Below, piece after piece: positions 59,641 to 64,000 of a stretch of 64,000 nucleotides of DNA. Numbering within the stretch: the stretch's first letter is position 1; every line of letters begins with the position of its first letter. The DNA is from Chrysomallon squamiferum (lineage: Eukaryota > Animalia > Mollusca), in assembly GCA_012295275.1 (NCBI GenBank), contig CM022676.1:3348001-3412000 (forward strand), written 5' to 3'. Below the pieces are notes generated by a model, which worked only from the letters and a program-made list of their open reading frames with translations, searched no databases and was not told the DNA's origin. The translations under genes were made by a program, and so were the position numbers.

Positions 59641-59680
<40 letters not shown>

Positions 59681-60269
59681 TACTACTATTACTACAACTA
59701 CTACTAGTTTAAACAAATTCATTCGTTAATTTATTAATTCAAATATTATTCATTCATTCAAGCAAAAGTAGAATAACTTTCTTACTAAAATAGATAAATA
59801 ATTAATTATCAGTGAACATCATTATGACCATGATTGTGATAATAATAATAATTATATATATCGACTTAAAGTAAACAGCAAATTATGTCAGTTCATTTGT
59901 AAGTTTTTCCATTACTTCATAATAATTATATTAGTTATTTAAAGTCTACATTTTGTTATCCTGGTTTGTTGTTTAACAACAAAAAATATCACCACCATTA
60001 CCACCACCAGAAACAAAACTACAACAACATCAAGAATAATAACAATAACACAACCACCACCACCACCACCACCACCACCACCAACACCAACTACAACAAC
60101 AACAACAGTAATACTAAAAATTAGGTTGATAATGATAATGATGAGACGATGATGATTATAATGATTTAATAATGACAATAAGAAATACATAACAACGACG
60201 ACGACAACGATGTCAAAGATGATGTCATGCTTGCACTACATTCTTCAAGGATAGCATATTTTACTTTAC

Positions 60270-60474
60270 CTCTTCTAATCAGCCTAGCACTGTAAACAAC
60301 ACTGAAAACTCATCAATAACACACAAACCTTGGCTCTGAATCGTGTTTGGATTGCACAGCACATTATTGTAAGCCTCTTTCTTAGCTGGCAGTTTCAATG
60401 ATTTATTAACAATATCTCCTACCACATGCTTGATGTAGTAGGATCAAAACCTTGAACCCGACCTCATCAAAGAA
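60270..60474 (-). other. Candidate non-coding (UTR or lncRNA) exon, 205 nt
   Basis: Very strong acceptor (T)n-cttccttttag and donor GAG|gtaaag bracket a unique-sequence island. All three frames contain stops. Confidence 0.35.
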
Positions 60475-60485
60475 CTAAAAGGAAG

Positions 60486-60519
<34 letters not shown>

Positions 60520-60767
60520 GAGTAATTCCCTAACATACTAACATTATTACTGTCTTGGCCATAAAAGATAGGCTTCTGAATTGGATGACTCAAGAAAGAC
60601 TTGAATATTTGTTGTTATAAGTATTTTAAAAAATTACTGTGGCCTTTTAGGTTCATTTATTATCTAATTTTAGATAGTATAGTTTTTATTTTCTTTCTGT
60701 TTTACAAAACACCTAATTACGGTGTGTGTGTGTATGTGTGTGTATGTGAGTGTGTGGGTGTATCTGT

Positions 60768-60804
<37 letters not shown>

Positions 60805-61629
60805 TAACCTGTAAACAGGTCTGTTCCCTTTAACAAAAAAAGAAAATAACGTGACTTTTATAAGCTTTGGATGACGTTTATAGTTAAACGTTAAAACAAT
60901 ACATTCATTAATTTTAATTTATGTTGTTTCCTGCTCTGAGATAACGTACGTAGACTGAATCTATTAACTTATTTTATAATTATTTTATTTCTTAATAAAT
61001 AATTTTTTTATTATTTGATAACAAGTTTGACGTGTGTGGTTGACAATGAAAAACATTCTGATTTGTTTAGCACATGTTTGTTTTCATTCAAAAAATACAT
61101 TTATTTATAGATTTCTTCAATTTATTATTATTATCATCATCATCATCATCAACATCGTCATCATCAGTAGTATTAATATTTGTATTAATATTATCATCAT
61201 CATCATCATCATCATTAACATTATCATTATAACTATTGTCACTGCTGTTGTTGTTGATTGATTTATTTTAATAGATTTCTTTCCTTTGACTAAAAATTAA
61301 ATCTTTAAAAGTTCATTTATGGTCTTTCATAAATTATTTATTTATTTAAAACAGCTTTCTATATTAATAACAACACTATTAAAATTACCTTTAGTTTGTA
61401 TTATGAAGACATTTCTAAATAAAAACATAAAATTATCGCTTTATATTTCAGTTTTACAGTAATTACGTTAACAGAACAATCTGCAGCCATATTACTACAA
61501 CAACAACTACTACTACAGCAACTACTACTGCAACTACTACTACAACTACTACTGCTTTGCTACTAATTGCAATAATGATGGTAATAATGATAAAATAATA
61601 ATAGAGATGATTATAATGTTGATAATAAA

Positions 61630-61680
<51 letters not shown>

Positions 61681-62275
61681 TTAACAATAATAATAATAAA
61701 TAATAATGATAATGAAAGAAAAAAGTGATAAATAACTAAATATAATAACTGATAATATCTAGATAAAAATATATACAAATTATTTACATATGCTATGCAC
61801 GCCATAGTCACTCAGTCCCACCCACTGACGAGGATACGCCTTTATTGTGATTAGACACGCCTACTTTGAAATGTACACTGTCAGGGTATATTTTATGTGA
61901 TTTGAAAATTTACAGGAAAAACTATAGCGATTTATCTTCTAAGAAGAAGAAGATGAAGAAGAAGCAAAGGATTGGTATTCATAGAAATAAACCCATTGTA
62001 TTATTCAAACCATTATAAAGTCATACAAACACACACAGACAAAAGTACAAGCTTTATAATGCAAACAGAAATATACACACACACATATTCGATAAAGAAA
62101 TGTATGATAAAGATAAAAGGTGTATAAAAATAAGGGGATATAACTCTATGACACTGAATACTAAATAGGTGTCGCTGATAAACTACTGCATTAGAAACAA
62201 AAAGATCATTAAAAATATATTTTAAAATTTCTGTCTGTCTCTCTGTCTGTCTGACACACACGCATACTTTCTGTC

Positions 62276-62373
<98 letters not shown>

Positions 62374-62526
62374 TGTACGTATAAAATTATAAATATATGT
62401 GTACATATTATATTTTGTTCACACACACAAACACCGATTGATAGACAAATAATGAGAGTGACTATATATAAGAAAAAAATATTAAATATATTTCACACAC
62501 CCACACACTCACGCACACACACCCGC

Positions 62527-62606
<80 letters not shown>

Positions 62607-63353
62607 ATTTAAAGAAATAAAATCCTTTGCAATTTATATATACAGAGAGAGATTCCATTTTATATTTATTATTAGGTGAACGCTTTCTTTATTTACTCTA
62701 TTGCATTTCTGTCTATTTGACTATTATGTAATTGAGTCATATATATGTATATATGTGTGTATATGTGTGTATATGTGTGTATATGTGTGTAGGTTGCTGA
62801 TGTACTGATTTGAATTCATTTATATTCTAAAATCTTATTTGATTTTACTGATTAAAATAAAAATGCATTTAAAAATTAGTTTCTTTGTTAATTAAACATT
62901 TTCTGATGATTATTTAAGTTGCATGTAACTTAATTACATAGCAAAATTTAAGAAAAAACACCAAAATAAGAGAGTAACATCCAGAATATATATATATATA
63001 TACAGATATATATATATATATCTATATATATATTTACATATCTAAATTATTTTAATATAATTGTGCTGACAAACAAAACATTAAAATAATGAGAAACTAT
63101 AATACTCCTACAGAGATAAAACACATACACACAGACACACACATACACTTACATATACATATATATATATATACTTACGTCTAGACAGTAATAAATATAT
63201 GTTTATTTATTGCAGTAAATTTTAATCATTAATTTATTTGCTTACAAATTTCTCTAAATATAATTACTCACAAAACATTTATATTTAAAATATATAAAAA
63301 TGTTTTAAATATGTAATGGTAAAAAAAAATATATATTAATCAAAGGGTGAATA

Positions 63354-63394
<41 letters not shown>

Positions 63395-63789
63395 TTTAAT
63401 TTAAAATTTAACGTTTGGCTCAACGGTTGTTTGTTTAATTTTATTTATAATTTTATTTTTTTAATAATTATTACATTTATTATGAATTATAATTTTAGTT
63501 GCTTTTTTCTTCTTTTTTTTTCTTTCTTTTTTTTCATTTTTTTTTTTTTTCTCCAATGATAATGAATTAACACACACCACATATAAACTGCAGAAAATAC
63601 ACTGAAGGGAACCGACATATTGAAACTTTTTTTCTTATTTTTAAAATATATTTTCAAAGAATTATATAGTTTATATTTTGTAAATCAACGGAATAATACG
63701 TCAGAACAACAAACTAATCATTTTAGTAACTTACGTTATTACGTCATAAGATAAATTATCTTTAAATCTCTTTTTAAACTGATATAAGC

Positions 63790-64000
63790 GTACAGATGGT
63801 AAAATTTCCTTTCAGTTTTTGCTCGCTTTCTGCTGTCGAACGTCGGCAATGTTCGGCAAATGTCGGATCTTTTGAACCAGACGTTTTCGATTGCTCTGTC
63901 TGGAAACTATGCAAATGAGTATGGCAGTGCGGTCGCACCCGGTACTACTTTCTTTTGCTGTATCCGTGCGCCGCTGTATGAAAATGTGGGAAATTGACCA
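63790..64000. promoter_or_regulatory. CpG-rich island with an extended octamer motif, truncated by the window edge (promoter/5' UTR candidate)
   Basis: High CpG density; TATGCAAATGAG at 63908-63919; only short ORFs. Confidence 0.45.

Noticed and set aside
61820-61890. Hammerhead ribozyme cores (CTGACGA here; minus-strand CTGATGA near 52614 and CTGACGA near 4400)
   Set aside because: The required stem II closure followed by GAAA and the pairing of stems I and III are not satisfied.

Overview
This is very AT-rich eukaryotic (animal) genomic DNA, saturated with microsatellites ((AG)n, (AT)n, (AC)n, (AAT)n, (AGT)n, (AGAT)n, (ACAT)n, poly-A/T) and several minisatellite arrays. The style resembles octopod/cephalopod genomes, but that is an impression only. 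Almost all ORFs in the supplied track are simple-repeat artefacts. By manual splice-site reading I find the probable 5' end of one minus-strand multi-exon gene: a CpG-rich promoter/first exon near 17 kb, a signal-peptide-like exon (16434-16636), a 27-nt microexon (5433-5459) and a 64-nt exon (216-279). The gene runs out of the left edge, and the joined peptide is MILFLYYLDASYLIFCICLELFQKGTCGDTQFFSKNETVKVVQFRFLLH..., family not recognised. A second YY1/NRF1-type promoter/exon near 28 kb may be an alternative first exon. The most unusual structures are: two oppositely oriented arrays of the same 50-bp minisatellite bracketing the microexon; an in-frame alternative acceptor that would add a microsatellite-encoded poly-Ser; a near-perfect 64-bp intronic hairpin; and a hairpin-rich CpG island near 10.5 kb. 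The right half is mostly non-coding, with motif-dense islands (RUNX+GATA, Smad, E2F, CTCF, octamer) and one tRNA-SINE-like fragment. No rRNA, tRNA, CRISPR array or known miRNA was recognised.
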